A DNA stretch of 64,000 nt from Rhodosorus marinus CCMP1338 (lineage: Eukaryota > Plantae > Rhodophyta), in assembly GCA_029953675.1 (NCBI GenBank), contig JAMWBK010000008.1:248001-312000 (forward strand), read 5' to 3'. The translations under genes and the position numbers were made by a program. The notes under the pieces were generated by a model, which made no database searches, was not told where the DNA came from, and saw nothing but the letters and a program-made list of their open reading frames with translations. This document shows, one piece after another, positions 35,337-50,734 of the stretch (the first letter of the stretch is position 1; each line of letters starts with the position of its first letter).

Positions 35337-37026
35337 CCTGCACCCACTACCGAAATAGAAACAAACAATGGTCAAAATAAGTTGATGCTCTGTCCCCTTC
35401 CCAAAAGGCTACCCAAGCAGCTTCCCAAGCTAAAAAAAAAAACAACCTCTTGTAAGGCTGCCTTCACCCTCAACTCTGAATCAGCCCCTAAAACGGGTTG
35501 CCACCTGCCCGCAGATTGCACGCACATCTCCACACAAAAACTTACCCCCCACCACTTCCACGGCCGGTAAACAATTCCATTGTGCCGATTCCGTTCAGGA
35601 CCAAAAAAATAGTACTCTAATCGTAAAAACCAAAAAAATTCCAAATAAACTCTAATTGTTATCACAAAAAAATCTCGAAAACGTCATTGTGGAATCCTAT
35701 GGCACTGAAAGGACTCTACTTTCGGTTGGACGTTTGCAGGAGATGTGTCCTCCACTAAGGAGCTGTGAGGCACCAAGTGATTGTAGCGTTTGCTGATGTG
35801 GAGTGCGTACCGATGGCTTCATTACGCAACCCCCTGGCGGTCCGGACAACCGTCCTGAAGTCCTGCATGTGGGCAACCATTATAACTCGATTCGGGGGTT
35901 GTTGGGATTTGGATAAGAACTACTGTTATCCCATTCTCAAAGCATACAGCCTTCAAGCACTGCGGTAAACAAACTACTAGCAGTCGCACCTCAGACACAG
36001 CTTCGTCTGTCGTGATCTAAAAAGCAAATGCGTGGCCATCAAAGGTGTGCTGACGACAAAAGCGTCGGCATTCATTTCAAAAGCATCCGCGATCGTCGTT
36101 TCCCCAGCTTCATGACCTAAGCACTGCTGAACTCGACTCACTAGGGTTCTCAGAAAGTGTTGATCCGTTCATGAGTGATACGGACAGCCGATTGACCTGC
36201 GAATTCCGTTGCGGAACAAATCCGTGACTTCCCTGTTTGAGCAGCACGGATTGTAGCCCCGCCAACTGAAAAGCAAAACCGGGATAAACCTGAAGAACAA
36301 GGCAGATTCCCTCCCGTTCGGAAAGGGATCATACAGGTCCGGTCTAAGCGACGAACTCCAGACCAAACCCTTCCGAGCTTTTGCTGGGAAAGCAGAAAAA
36401 TAAGGTTCTTGCGGACGAAGCCTTCTCCAGCTGTCCATGCTGGTCCCTCGCCTCAGAATACCAGATAAAGGAACATCCTAAATCACAGCAAAAAGCACCA
36501 TAAATATCAAGTAATTTGAATTTTTTGACGTGTACTTACCCAAACTTGGAACTTTGTCCATTTTACGATGTTCTTTTAATTCATTGATTAATAACATGCA
36601 AATAAATACTTATTCAGATAATTTATTTTTGTTTTATGAAAATTATGTGCAAATAACGAGTAATTACACCAATTGCGTTGAGACGTCCCGTTCCAGAAGA
36701 CTTGGCAATAGAAATTACGTTAGTTGCGCTTTTAGGTGAGGGGGTGGGATGGGAAGCTGAGATGGAGAAAAGCCCAGGAAGGGGCGATTTTTCCATCGCT
36801 TTCTCAGTAGAACGGGGTGGGGGGGGGGGGGGTCGTGGTCCTAAAAGCCAGGAAACGCAGGCTTCGCCATCGGTATGCTGTTCTGGTGGTGCGGGGTGGT
36901 TGGGCTTAGGAGGGTACCTTGTAAGATTTTGGAAAGTCTTGTTGTTTCACTGCAAGGAAGGAGCCTCAGGCTAATTTGTTTGTGGCTTTTTATATTGTTG
37001 GCGGGGGAATTGTGGGAATCGTGACA

Positions 37027-38005
37027 ATGGCCAAGAGAAAGGAAGAAGAGGAAGAGGAATCTTCATCGGAGGAGGTTGAGTCTTCTTCCGAGGAGGAGGA
37101 GGACTCTATTCCAGAGGTCAACGATGAGGCGGCTGCAACTGCCGCACAGGTTGATCCCGCTGCTGCGGCGGCTGCAGGAGCACCTCCGCAGACTTTCGAC
37201 CCGATGAATCAGTTCCTTGGTATTCCTACTTACCAAAGCCAAGCGGCGCAGGGGCAAGGGGTTCAACCGCAGCAACGGGCACAAGCGTTCAATAACACGG
37301 CGCAGCAGCGAGTTGCTGCGGTAAAGGCCGGGATGCAGCAAGGTGGTGGCCAGCAGTGGAACCAAGGTGGGATGGACGCGGTTTACCAGGCTCAGATGAA
37401 GGCTCGCCAGCAACAGCAGCAGCAAGCTCAACTCATGCAGCAGATGTATGCTACCCAACAAGCACAACAGCAGATGGCAGCCTACCAAACCTACAATGCC
37501 GCCGCAGCCGCGGCTGCGTATCAAACTGGTACGTCGACGAAGAACATTTTCAGCGCTTTTCGATGAAGCTTGCACGGCTCGCCGCGCAGTGCTTCAGAAA
37601 TCACTGCCGAAGTTTCACAGCGCTCACTATTTTGTTGTCTTGCATCATCAACAACAGGCCAAGTAAACAACATGCAGCTTGCAGTAGTTGATCCGAATGC
37701 GGGTGCAGCGTACAGAGGAGGAATGGGAGGTGGGATGATGGGTGGCGGGATGGGAGGTGGAGCTCTAGTCCCGTATCAGAACCAAGCCGCGGCGTTGATA
37801 CCGGCAATGGAAGCGGTAAGCCCTATATCTTCCCAGATAACGACTCGTTTGCAAATGCTTAGCTCGCAAACCGTTTAAAATCGAATAGGAAAAAGTGAAA
37901 CAGGAAGCGAGTAACTACAGAGTGCAACGGGGAACCAAGCCAACAAGAATCAACGCGAGTGATCAAGCATTTGGACCTTTGCTCGATCAGATGATGAAAA
38001 AATAA
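37027..38005 (+). CDS. Low-complexity Q/A/G/M-rich protein, multi-exon
   Basis: Acidic/Ser N-terminus, Q/A-rich middle, GGMGGGMMGGG segment. The last exon splices in phase 0 to EKVKQEASNYRVQRGTKPTRINASDQAFGPLLDQMMKK*. Confidence 0.75.
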
Positions 38006-39080
38006 CTTTTATGAGTATGTCTCGTCCTCGAATTCAGCGGCATGAACTATTCCGTGAAATGATGAGAGTTTGGGGAGTTACGAAAGCGAGTGAGTTAGTA
38101 CTGTGCTTGACCCCTCGCACATCCCGTGATCTCCTCATTGTCGCCTGGACCGCTCTACTTTTTTTTAACGGAACTAAAGCTTATTTTGCCTCGCCCCGAA
38201 TCGTTGACGGTTTTTTTAGATTCGTTCTCGCTCCCTCTCCTCGTAGTGTCATCATGGATACTTCCCCGTCTCCTCGCTTCACCTTCCAACGCATGGACAC
38301 CGATCGCAGACATTCTGTACTCCTCGGCGTTCGGTGAGGACCCAAGGTCCACCGTGACCATGGAAGGCCTTGCAACCGGGTCTGTCCAGGTCTGTGCGCA
38401 CGCCTCCGCGAATCCTGGCAAAACCAGCTCTGGATTCGCGCTTAGAAGGATCTGTGAACAAACCCGTTCTCTGATGCACATATTGGCACGCGGCCAGGTT
38501 AACGTATTCTTATTCTCATACGCTTAGATGCCAAACAACTCTTCCCTCTTCTGAGTTGATGTGAGTGCAGGAAGACGCCTTACGATTTGAAATTTCTCCG
38601 TACAGGATCCTAGTGAGATTCCAATCCTTTGACGAAGAATCGTTCTCAAACCTTTCCCCACAACAATTGCGTTGGCCAGGTTTTCGGCTACCTCATCAAA
38701 GTTTAGCAATTTTCAGAGGAAAAATTTATTCAGCACGTCACCAAATGCAGTTGTTTCGATTTAATGAGAATGAAGCCGCTGTCATCAGAAATTTTGCTTT
38801 TCTGGGAGCTGTGCCGCTTTTATCAGTTAGATTCCAACTCGAGTGAGACTTTGAAGATCTAGGACCTGATGATGATAATGTCGTTGTGGTTACGCATTTA
38901 AGGCACAGGTGAAGAGAGGTGCAAAGTTCCCAAGGACTCAGGAGGTTAATCGGAGGAGGGATTGAGGACAGGTGGCGACGAGGGTCATGAAGATCTGTTG
39001 CGATTGAAATGAGCAAGACAAGAGGGGGAACTTGGGGCTTTAAACCGTTTCTTTTTTTGTTTTGAAATATAGCGGAAAAT

Positions 39081-40361
39081 ATGGATAAGGCGACGGAGGA
39101 AGTAGCTCCACTGGTTCCAGAGACTGAGAAGGATGCTGACGAGGTAGAGGCTGAGGTACCGCCGGAGGCCGCGGCAACTGAAAAAACCGGTGATGAAGCT
39201 TCAAGGTCCTGGTTTGCGATGCCCGAGGTCGTGACAGGTCTTTTTGGTAACGCAGGCGCAACGACGGAGCCCTATCCGATGGTGGATACATCAACCACCA
39301 CGGCATCGGTACGGTCACGTGTCACCTTTGGCCTAAATGCTGGCTTTGAGATTACGCTTGACGGAAGGGGCTAATTTAGAAACTATTTGGATTACTCCAA
39401 ACCTTCCTTTTTAGTTTGGAAATGATGTGCAGAAGACTGCGGAGATGGTGGCGAAGGATCTGGAAAGCGTATCTGAGGGAGTCACGAAAAACGTAGCTCT
39501 TGTTGGCGAAGAGATTGGTAAAGGATGGGTTGGCCTGCACAACTTCATCGACGGCGTCTTGAACGAGAATTCCCTCTCACAGTCAGAGCGAGTTAGAGCA
39601 CAGTTCTTGGCGCGTTTCCCTGATCTGAAGGAAGAGGATGTTGTCGACTCCTTTAACTGCAGTCTAGTTCAAAAGTAAGATCTGAACGTTCACTCGCCAG
39701 ACGTTAATTGCAAGTAGCCAACTCGGCATGCGCTCCTTTGATACCAGGTACCGTTGTTACCATAACAGTGGTACGCCAGAAAGACAATATACTTTCGATG
39801 GCACGCTGTACGTGACGATCACATCGGCCGCGTTTTGGGCAGAAGATGATGAGGCCGGATTTGGCAATGCTAATTTCCCTGTAAGACGCTGTGCACAAAA
39901 GCCCAGAACCTCAAAGCCTCAGCACCGTAGGAGCATACTAATCATAGTGTCACTGCGTAACAATCCGAACGACGGCTTGGCCTCCTGTTATTGGTTCAAT
40001 GATTTCTGTTCTTGAACAGGTGGTGCTTAAATTCAGTGCGGTTGAAAAAATTCAGCGGGGACAACCTGGAATGCTGAGATTGTTGCTCAACTCGAAAGCA
40101 AGCTTCGTATTCAACAGCTTCGAAAGTGAAACCCACTACATGGGAGCAATCAGCATGCTGGAGCACATGATAGAGTCGACCCGCTCGGCTGCTTCTCAGC
40201 CCACAGGCGAAGAACGTTCTGCAAAGGACGATGGGGGAGAGGACACAGGAGTGGAGAAAGCAGCAGATGAGCAAGAGAAAGAGATAGCTCCCGAGCCCGA
40301 AAAGGCTGCTGCACGGCGAACATCGGAAACCGACAAGAAGAAGAAAAAGGGCAAGAAATGA
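39081..40361 (+). CDS. GRAM (PH-like) domain protein, multi-exon
   Basis: FLARFPDL...VVDSFNCSLVQK|YRCY...FDGTLYVT...AAFW...LKFSAVEKIQR fits the GRAM pattern. Acidic termini and a C-terminal KKKKKGKK. Confidence 0.75.
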
Positions 40362-42101
40362 AGACTTTTTGCGCTGGAAGGCTTGCCCCCTCCCACGGTG
40401 CCAGTATGGTATCAACTTGAATTGGACGGGTAAAATGCCATTGTGTAGGAGCCGTTTCTTGCGATTGGTTTGGGCGGTTCGTCATGGAATAGGTAACATT
40501 GATTCCATTCAGCCGGAAAGGTTTCATGGGCGTTATTCCTTGACTTGAGTTTGCGGATGGAAGTGAAGCTTTCAAAACCTACCTTCCGTTCTTTCATTTG
40601 TGCCACGGAATAGTCCTTGCGCATGAGAGCCCGAAGCTTTCTGCGTCGGATGAGACGACAGTCAGCGTTCATGCGAGAACGCGGTTAAGAATTAAAGCTA
40701 ATCTGATATGAATGGAAACGGCCACATACACACCGGAGTTTTTCGTGCATTGCGGGTTGACGAATTGCTTCTGAAAACACAACCCTGTAACTACCGATGA
40801 ATGCTTCCGACCTGGGTCACCCTCGGCCCGGTGGAAAGCAAGGGCTCTTGAAAGAGAGCTACGCTTTTCAATGAAGGCTCAAGAGTCGACCAGATTCCGC
40901 AATCCCATAACCCCCCTTAGCTAGTGGAATGCAATTCCATGACATGAGCCTACCCAGCGTCCTTTCTCCGTGCAAATCGCCGCTGCCTCACCAAACTGGC
41001 TAGGCGGAACGACCAAGGCAGCAACCAGCCCTACACAATAGCCACAGCATACTCTCGAGAGACCTTCCTGGTTAATATCTCTCTCCACTAGGTTATAGTA
41101 TCCATCTTGAGCGCGATCCCCAGCAAGGGAGAACCTCTCAGCAATCGAAAACTGCCCACATAGTCCTCAAAGTACAGAAACACAAATACCAAGCGTTCCA
41201 GCTTATGCTTACACACAACCTACATCTCAGTAGAATACTCACACAGCGTCACTACCTATTAAGCAACCATAGCAATCATCCTCTCAATTCAGGAGACCCT
41301 CATCTACCACCGCCCCGCCCCCCCCCCCCCCCACCCCAACGCCCGAGCAAGAAGTTATCATTTCTCCCATTCCACAAATTACTTGGAGCTTGCTCGTACC
41401 CCCCCTAAAATTGCACCAACAACCGACCTATAATCCATTATATTATTCATAAACAATTTTTGATACCTATCTCTTCCGAATACTTACCCCCCCCTCCCTT
41501 TCCTTTTCCTACTTTTCTCTTTTACTTGATGCAAGTCGATCGTACTGTTTTCTTGTACGCTAGATCTGGACTTGTTTTCAGAAGAAACTAGATGTTAGTG
41601 ATTAAAATATAATGGATATTCAGACTTGTAGAGAAAACATATCTAAGTAAGAGATCCGTCCCTCTTTATTCGACAAAACCTAAAAGGGGTGGGTTTGAAC
41701 CGGAGAACGGGGGGAAGGGGGTTGTTTTTTTTTTTCATTCTCTGACATTTCTGATTGTCTGTATGTGTAGAGTTGGATAAATTTTTCTGGTGATTTTTAT
41801 TTTTTGGGGAGGGGGGTTGTGTGTGTGTTAGGATCATTGTACTTGTTTCTTTTTTTTGTTGTACGTTAATAAATAGATGTGTCACGGTGGGTGACTCCAG
41901 TATTCGGGGGGAGCGTGCTTCGATGTTTGATGCTTGCATGTGAGAGATGTGATGTATGCTGGTGGAGCATATAAAAGGCTTCGGAGCGTTTGGTACAGAG
42001 CACAGAAGGAGCATTGGTGTGGAGGAAGAATTAAGGGAGAACACGCTCTGAGAGGACAAGCAGGTCGGCAACATTGTAGGTCACTATCTGGGTTTTTGAG
42101 T

Positions 42102-43964
<1,863 letters not shown>

Positions 43965-44864
43965 ACTCGTGAACCGCATCCAAGGCTCTAGCGAAAGGTT
44001 GGAAGAACATTGCGCTGTTCCGAGCTACCTCTTGCACAAAGTTCCTAATTGTCCCGCTTGGGCCGTTCGAAGGCCCAATAAACTCATTGAAGGATTGTCA
44101 CTAAGACCGTCGACTGCCAATCACTGGTTCGTTCGGTGCACGAGCTGACACAGTTTTACTCACGTCGCGGATGAACAGGGAAAAGCCTTGCCCTGGATTC
44201 AGTCCGAGACAGTTTTCAATGGGCTTGGTTGTTTTCCGTTTGGCTCAAGCGACGGGCTTTTGAAACTGCAGTGAACAGTTGACGAGCGAAAAAAGCCCAC
44301 CCGTCTTCGGTTTCTAGTCGAACATGCTTCGAGCCGTTGTATAGCTCCGACTGCATCAACAACTGGTCAACTTGGGCCCACCTCGAGGATATCAGAATAC
44401 GATTGTATCAATTGCACAAGATCAATCCATCCGCCTTTGATGAGCTCCACATCGTCACGGGCTTTCCGCGAATATCTACCCTCACGTCTTCCCCAAACTT
44501 CCCTGGGCCTCTATAAGATTCGAGGGGGGGGAGGTGAGCGGTTACGCCTGGTTTGATCATCGCAATACTCGCCTACGTAATGAAGCGATCCCATTGCATT
44601 GCTGCGAATCCAGGTAGCTTCACCACTACCACCTGAAAAGTCCAACTCCAGCTCCCACTGTTAAATCCGTCTCGGGGATGGAGGGTGTTGAGCGTCCATT
44701 ACAAAAAGGTCCATGTCCACTGCGGCGAGGGTTAAAATGGAAGCCAAAGTTTACACGAGAATGGTGCTGAGAGCTGCGACGGAAGAGTGAAGTTCTGCAC
44801 TTGGAGTTCGCGAATTGAAAGGCTCGATAAGGTCATATAGATCCACTTGGTGTATTGAATCGGT

Positions 44865-45407
44865 ATGGCCGGGTTCGTGGCTCCCGCTGGGACTGTGGGT
44901 GCGTTGAGAAGGGCACGAACTCTGAGGCGATGCGCAGAGAATGGATTATGCGATCGAATACGACCAATAGCTGAGGGCTTTGCGAGTCCACTTGGACTGA
45001 AGGTTGAGCAGACGTTATTTGAGAACAGGAAATTGTCGGTTTTCTTGGGTGATGGTGAACGAAAACCTACCCTGGAGGACTGTGAAAGTTTGTCCAAGAT
45101 CTTGGATGATACAATTACCGATGATGAAAGCTATGACTCGCTTACTGGATCCAACTTTTCGCTGGTCGTTTCCACCGCCGGAGTCCGCGATGTTCTGACG
45201 CAGGATTTTGAGTTCAACGTCTTCAAAGGTTTCTCTATTATCATAGCTACTTCCGAAGAGTTCAAAGGGAAACGAGAACTAACTGGAACCCTGCATGGAC
45301 GAGACGAGAAACATGTAAGGCTCAACAAGAAGGGTCGTATTGTGAAGATTCCACGAGAAATCGTAACATCCGTTCAATTGACACAGGCGAAATCAGAGGA
45401 TGGCTAG
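44865..45407 (+). CDS. rimP: Plastid-targeted ribosome maturation factor RimP, single exon
   Basis: PTLEDCESLSK, SLVVSTAGV, FNVFKGF, LNKKGRIVKIPR (cyanobacterial-type RimP). Transit peptide MAGFVA. Confidence 0.85.
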   Translation: MAGFVAPAGTVGALRRARTLRRCAENGLCDRIRPIAEGFASPLGLKVEQTLFENRKLSVFLGDGERKPTLEDCESLSKILDDTITDDESYDSLTGSNFSLVVSTAGVRDVLTQDFEFNVFKGFSIIIATSEEFKGKRELTGTLHGRDEKHVRLNKKGRIVKIPREIVTSVQLTQAKSEDG

Positions 45408-47615
45408 TGGCCGAAGGAAAATTCCCCTTAATCTTCTCTCGTCGCAGGAAAAACCGTTAAAGAAGATATTGTGTGAAACCGATAATACGTGGAAATCAAG
45501 GACCGAGCAAGCCTGAGTCAGGTCACTCTTCTTTCATCTTCATGCTCTTGGTAAACGGTAGCGTGTGTCGTCTACCTGCTCTGGAATCTAGCTTGACCCG
45601 GCTTAATTGAAAAACCCGATGAACAGAACTTTGCTTCAAGTCAAAGCGCTCTCGTTTGCGTCTGCTCCTGGGTCAGTTGTGCTTGTGTGCGATCCAAGTT
45701 TTCTAGGCCTGACTGCGCCTCTGTCTGACTCGGGGCCAGACAAGGGACTGCATCGGACAACGATCTCTTTCGCCACTTTTCCCCAGCGCTGTATTTAGTC
45801 CAGTTTGTTGCAGGCCTAACTGAGTCGTTTGCTGGTACTTGTACATGCCCTGATACAACCTCGGCGTGTCAGGGTGCCCAAGAAAACCTCGTGACGAGGC
45901 TCTAGAACTTGGTCAAACTCGGAGAAGCAAGAACATCCCTTTTTCAGTTGCTTGTCCAGCTATGAGACATCTCGCACGCGCAGAGCTGGAGCACCACACA
46001 ACGAAAAGTTTCAACGAACGCTTCTCATTCAACTTCAATCAAAGTGCTCACAAGCATGCCTGATACAACTCAACGTGCGAATTTGGGACAACAATCCTAA
46101 CGAGAGTCCATAATTCGTTTCTTCTCATTTGATGATGGGTGAAGGAAAGCATTTCGACGCAGCCGAACTACTATTCGCTTCGTCGAGGTGGGTTTCACCG
46201 GAAACTTCAGCGCCTTTCAACACAGCCCTGTTTTTTTTTTCAACTGCGGAAAAATAATTCCGTTCGATGTGGCAAGCCCAATAGGCTTGGCAAAGATGAG
46301 CGCCGCGTGATTGGAAGATCCTTGTCAACAGACTCGCTCAGCTGTAAAACATCAATATACCTGCCGGGGCGATTTCGTACCGACCGCTACACACCCAAGT
46401 TGTCCCGGATTATCTCCCACCAGGCTTAGGGATCGATATCCAGGGAAAATGTTCTCCGAGTGCTCAAGGTCTTCAAATTTCAATTCTCAACGCGCAAAAT
46501 TCATGTCCGGGTTGTGAAATTTTTGGGTGGCTGGGCTTCCCCAAAAATCCGCTTAGCTGGTGCTGAACAAATTTTGTACTTCGGCTTATGGATCTGTTGC
46601 CACTGATCCCGTAGATTGATGTCTTGTCTTCAGGCGTTGGGCAACATTTTCAGGGGGTTTTTAGTCAACATATCCCGAGCGCATCCGGGGTTTCTGTTCA
46701 TCACGGTGGACAGGTTCTACGCATATACCCTAGGCGGATCTTAAGAGTAGAAAGGGCTATGAGATCTCCCTATGGAAACACGTTTGATCAAGTTAGAATT
46801 TTACAGCTGGCGTTGAAACGAGAATAATCCGAATCATTTGAAGTTTTCACACCACCTTCAACCGGAGGGAGCGCGTTTGTTCTAAAGAGGCTAGGAGCCA
46901 CTAGCGAGATTTGTTGAGCGATCGGTTCGCTCGTTTTCAAACTTAATTCCGAAAGCCGGATGTAACCGGTGACCGGAAACGATCTGGTCGACGAGCGCTC
47001 ACATGGGAAGTCGTGTCAAAACTACGAAAGAAAGCAAGGATCCGTAGGGAATACCTAATACCACATGACTACGCCTCGAAGAGGAGTCCGGGTGAAGCTC
47101 GCTGGGTATAGTGCAGGGGTCCAGGCTCGGCCAATGAACGGTGGAAACCCTGCCGCATCGTCATTTTCCGCTAGCAATGGCCCCGAAAGCTGAGGATTTC
47201 GTGAAATTCGCCTGCCACGTGGTCTCGAACGCAGAGCAAACAGATAACAACAAAGTCCGAAAACAGAAAGCAATATATCGATAAGTCGAAGCAGACGAAA
47301 ACTGCAAGTCTAGGAACAAAACGTGGTATATCGCCATGCCCTACCATCCAGCTACAGTCGTCCTATAATCAACAAATGGATGCTGGCCTGAGACGATAAC
47401 CTCTCGAGATGTTTTCCACAGACCCAAAACTCGGCATCTCCAATCATAACAACTTTCAAGGTCCATTAGAAAAACAAAGCAAATCATCATATCCCGACCA
47501 CTGTGTTCTCATCCCTTCAAAACAAAAAAAAACACACCACCTCTCATATTTTCTTCAATGATTCTATTTTAATCGCAAAACCGATCTCATTTGGATGGTC
47601 CAGAAAGAGTGCACC

Positions 47616-47635
47616 ATATATATATATATATATAT
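47616..47635. repeat. (TA)n microsatellite in a ~2 kb AT-rich, homopolymer-rich intergenic region (47300-49100)
   Basis: Read directly; a second TA tract lies near 48561-48587. Confidence 0.9.
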
Positions 47636-49385
47636 TTCCGTTGCGCCTCCCAAACCCTCCATAGCTTACCTCCTATTACCTACAAACCAAAATCTAATAA
47701 AATTTTGTTCCATCTCCATACTGAGGACGACGACACGACACTACTGGGTGCAACAGTTTTGACAGTTAGTGTAACTTGCTTAAACAATCGATTTTTAAAC
47801 CAATTTTCATGCATCGAGAGCGTCTCTCAAGGTTGACAATACGAAAAAAGAAGCTCGTCACGAGCTCTCCACCTCGGAATAATATTATTCATAAATTACT
47901 TCTGAAAATCTCGATCATCAATGTATGCATTCATGTTGGGGGTTGAACAGGTCGACCTCCTCTTTTGTTTTCTTTTTGTTCTGTAGATATTCTTTTCTTC
48001 TGAGCTTTTTTTTTTTTTTTCAGGTAACCCCGCGAAGAATATGTTTTTCTTATGAATTTAACCTTTTTGTGGGGGATTCCTTTCCCTTCGTTCCTACTTT
48101 CGAATTGTAACTAGCAGGTTTCCCGTTCGTCTAGTTTTATAGAATTATGATAATATCACAAACAAGTTCTTGATATCAATAATTCACTCGAAAATCCATC
48201 CAATCCAAAAAATTCATTTGTTTTCCACGTATTTTCTTCCTTTGTCCAATCCTCATTCAAAAAAAAAATTAAAAAATCCCTTGCAATTAACATGTACTTT
48301 CAAACTTTCTTGCCTCGATCCCCATCCATCCCCACGACCCTTTTCACTATCCAAAACGAAACATATCTCATCAACTCCACCCCCCTCTTGCCCCCGCACT
48401 AAGAAATCTCAAGTAGAGCTGAAAGAACTACACTTTTTCTTAAATACTTGCACAGGTTGGTAGGACGGAAAAAATCCGTGAAAAACCAGAAACCAACGGG
48501 AGTCAAAATTAAAACATAATAAACATATTTTCAAATATGGATTGATTTCAATCAAATATGTGTATATATATATATAATATATATATATTTGAATGAACCT
48601 TTGTCATTGCTCCGTGTGGTTCGAAAAATCGATTTTCCGGGGGGGGGGGACGGGTAATGGGGAGGAATGTAGATGTTTAAAATTTTGCTGGGTGAGAACG
48701 GGGTTTCCACTATTAGCGGAATGGTTGAAGAACTATTTTTAAGAAATATTCGCTCACGGCATCAAAACCAACTCATTGGCCACCCCCTTGATAATAGATT
48801 GGATCCATTCTACAAATGCGCGCCTAGTATTCAGGGAGGGAGGGGGGGGGAGAGATCGCTACGAAGAAGCGGTTGGGTTAAAATATGAAGAAAATTAGAT
48901 GGAGGGATAACTTTTCCGGGAGGGGGGGGGTTGTAGTGCCTGATTAGTTTCTTATTAAAAACAAGGTTTAGAGGTGCCCGTTAAAGAACAGTTTGGCGGG
49001 GTTTTTCGTTGGAGTCGTCAGGGGAAATGTAGAGGGGGAGAGGGGGAGGGATAGGATTTGGTTGGGGATGACGATGATAGGTTGAGGTGAGGTCGAGGGT
49101 ACTCACTACTCACTACTGACTGCCTAGTGTTTTGCATCAGGTCGAACAGGTAAAAAGGTTTGTTGGGATGGGTGTGTAGCTGTAGCATGAGAGTATTCGA
49201 GTGGGATTTTTAAATAAGGATGCATGCATGCCCATCTCCTCTTGCATTGGCGGTGCGAATACCTAGGGCATTTAGTTAGCCGACGTGAGGTGGGGAAGGT
49301 GGGGTTGGGATGGTTGGGCGGATTCTGGTTTGAGAGGGGGAGTCTTTGGATCTGGTGCACTGTTCTGCGGAGTTTGGTCGTCATC

Positions 49386-49885
49386 ATGGAGAAGTTTTCG
49401 GATGTAGGTGGCCGTGGTAGTTGGGGATCTCTACATCGAAGGACTCGCTCGGGATCATTTGAGAGGAAGATGCGGGTGGCGTACGAGAGGAGGAAGCTGT
49501 CGATGAGGTCTGGAGGTTATATGAAGATGCCAAGGGAATTTTGGAGGATGAGCGAAGTGGAGGATGTTTCGGGTGGTTCTACAGAGGATGCTGATTACGA
49601 GTCGCTAGGGGAACGAAGCAAGAACAGGTCCGGCTATAGAATGGAGGTGGATGATTATTGGCCGGTGCATGTGGTCGACGAACCTGTCCACAGCCCTGCT
49701 GAGAAGTCCCCAGATAGGGACTCCTATGTCGATTTTGTCAGCGACAAGCAGCGATTCTCCCAGATCATGCGATTGCCGGGTCTCAGGTTCTTTCAAAAGT
49801 GAGCTGCTCTTGTTTTCTCTTACCCCTTTTGTAAATTATATGTATCCATCTCGCCAGGCACGGATCCGCCGCCGAAGAACCCTAG
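49386..49885 (+). CDS. Hypothetical disordered protein (~140-147 aa)
   Basis: ATG 49386, open to 49802. A possible GTGAGC...CAG intron adds KHGSAAEEP*. Charged and Ser-rich; no family recognised. Confidence 0.55.
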
Positions 49886-50734
49886 AAACCACGCGTGTTC
49901 GGAAGACTCCCCATCTATTCTCATAGTAAACTTCATCAACTTAATAAACGAGTATGAATTGTGTAAATGACTGCGAGGAACCGCAACTTAACTGCTTCCA
50001 GAATGATATCAAGGCCCAATTGAGCCGACCAGTGGTTTGGTCTGGCTGCCCAACGCTGGGAAGAAAAGAAAGCACTGAAAGTCCAGAATGTCAATGAGAG
50101 CACCGCCTTACCCGCCAGCACACTTCTAACATTGCCTGGTCCCAGTGAGCGTTGTTCGGAGCTGAAGAGCGCTGCCCCGACGAAACGAAAAGCCGTGCGG
50201 ATTGAGATGATTTACAAGCTTTCCGTGAGTTGAGATTGTGTACACTCTCGGTTTCCTTTGCCCAGAGCCATGCCGATGCGCGCGACTGGATATGGGTTTT
50301 CGAGATGGTCCGCGTTTCTTGTGGCTACATCCGCACGGCTTGACCGAGAATTTCGGTCAAGCCCCAAAACAACTTTTCCTTTGGTCCATGCAAGGATACC
50401 CGAATATACTCCGATCCAGCACCGCAAAAAAATTGGACTTGCGGACGCCCCGCAGTAGCTTCAATATCCTGCGCTCAAGGGTGAATCCCATAGCCCGTTA
50501 ACTCGTATATTCGTGCTCAGTACAATTTGTTAGTACTGGCTAGGCCTCCACGAGGTGTGCCCTTCCGCAGCAGAGCTTGGAAACATGGAAAGAGGGCGGA
50601 GAGTACCAGTACCAGGCTGAAAGGGAAGCCTCCGTACAAAGGCTCCGGCGATTGGCAAGGGAAATCGATGGACTGGCTTTGACAGCCCGCATCCGATCGG
50701 CTTGCTCTGGTGCGCTCGTAGGGAAGAAAAAATC

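Noticed and set aside
40380-41200. Possible multi-exon minus-strand gene (similar hints at 30500-31200, 44100-44700 and 57250-57800)
   Set aside because: Exon-like pieces exist, but no consistent splice path or recognisable domain could be built by hand; RNA-seq is needed.
44520-44640. U1 snRNA-like elements (CCATTGCA, GATCA)
   Set aside because: No ATACTTACCTG 5' end and no Sm site at the right spacing.
50391-50399. U12-type 5' splice site GTATCCTTG on the minus strand
   Set aside because: No convincing TCCTTAAC branch site, and the host gene (ORFs 49936-50736, minus) is itself unsupported.
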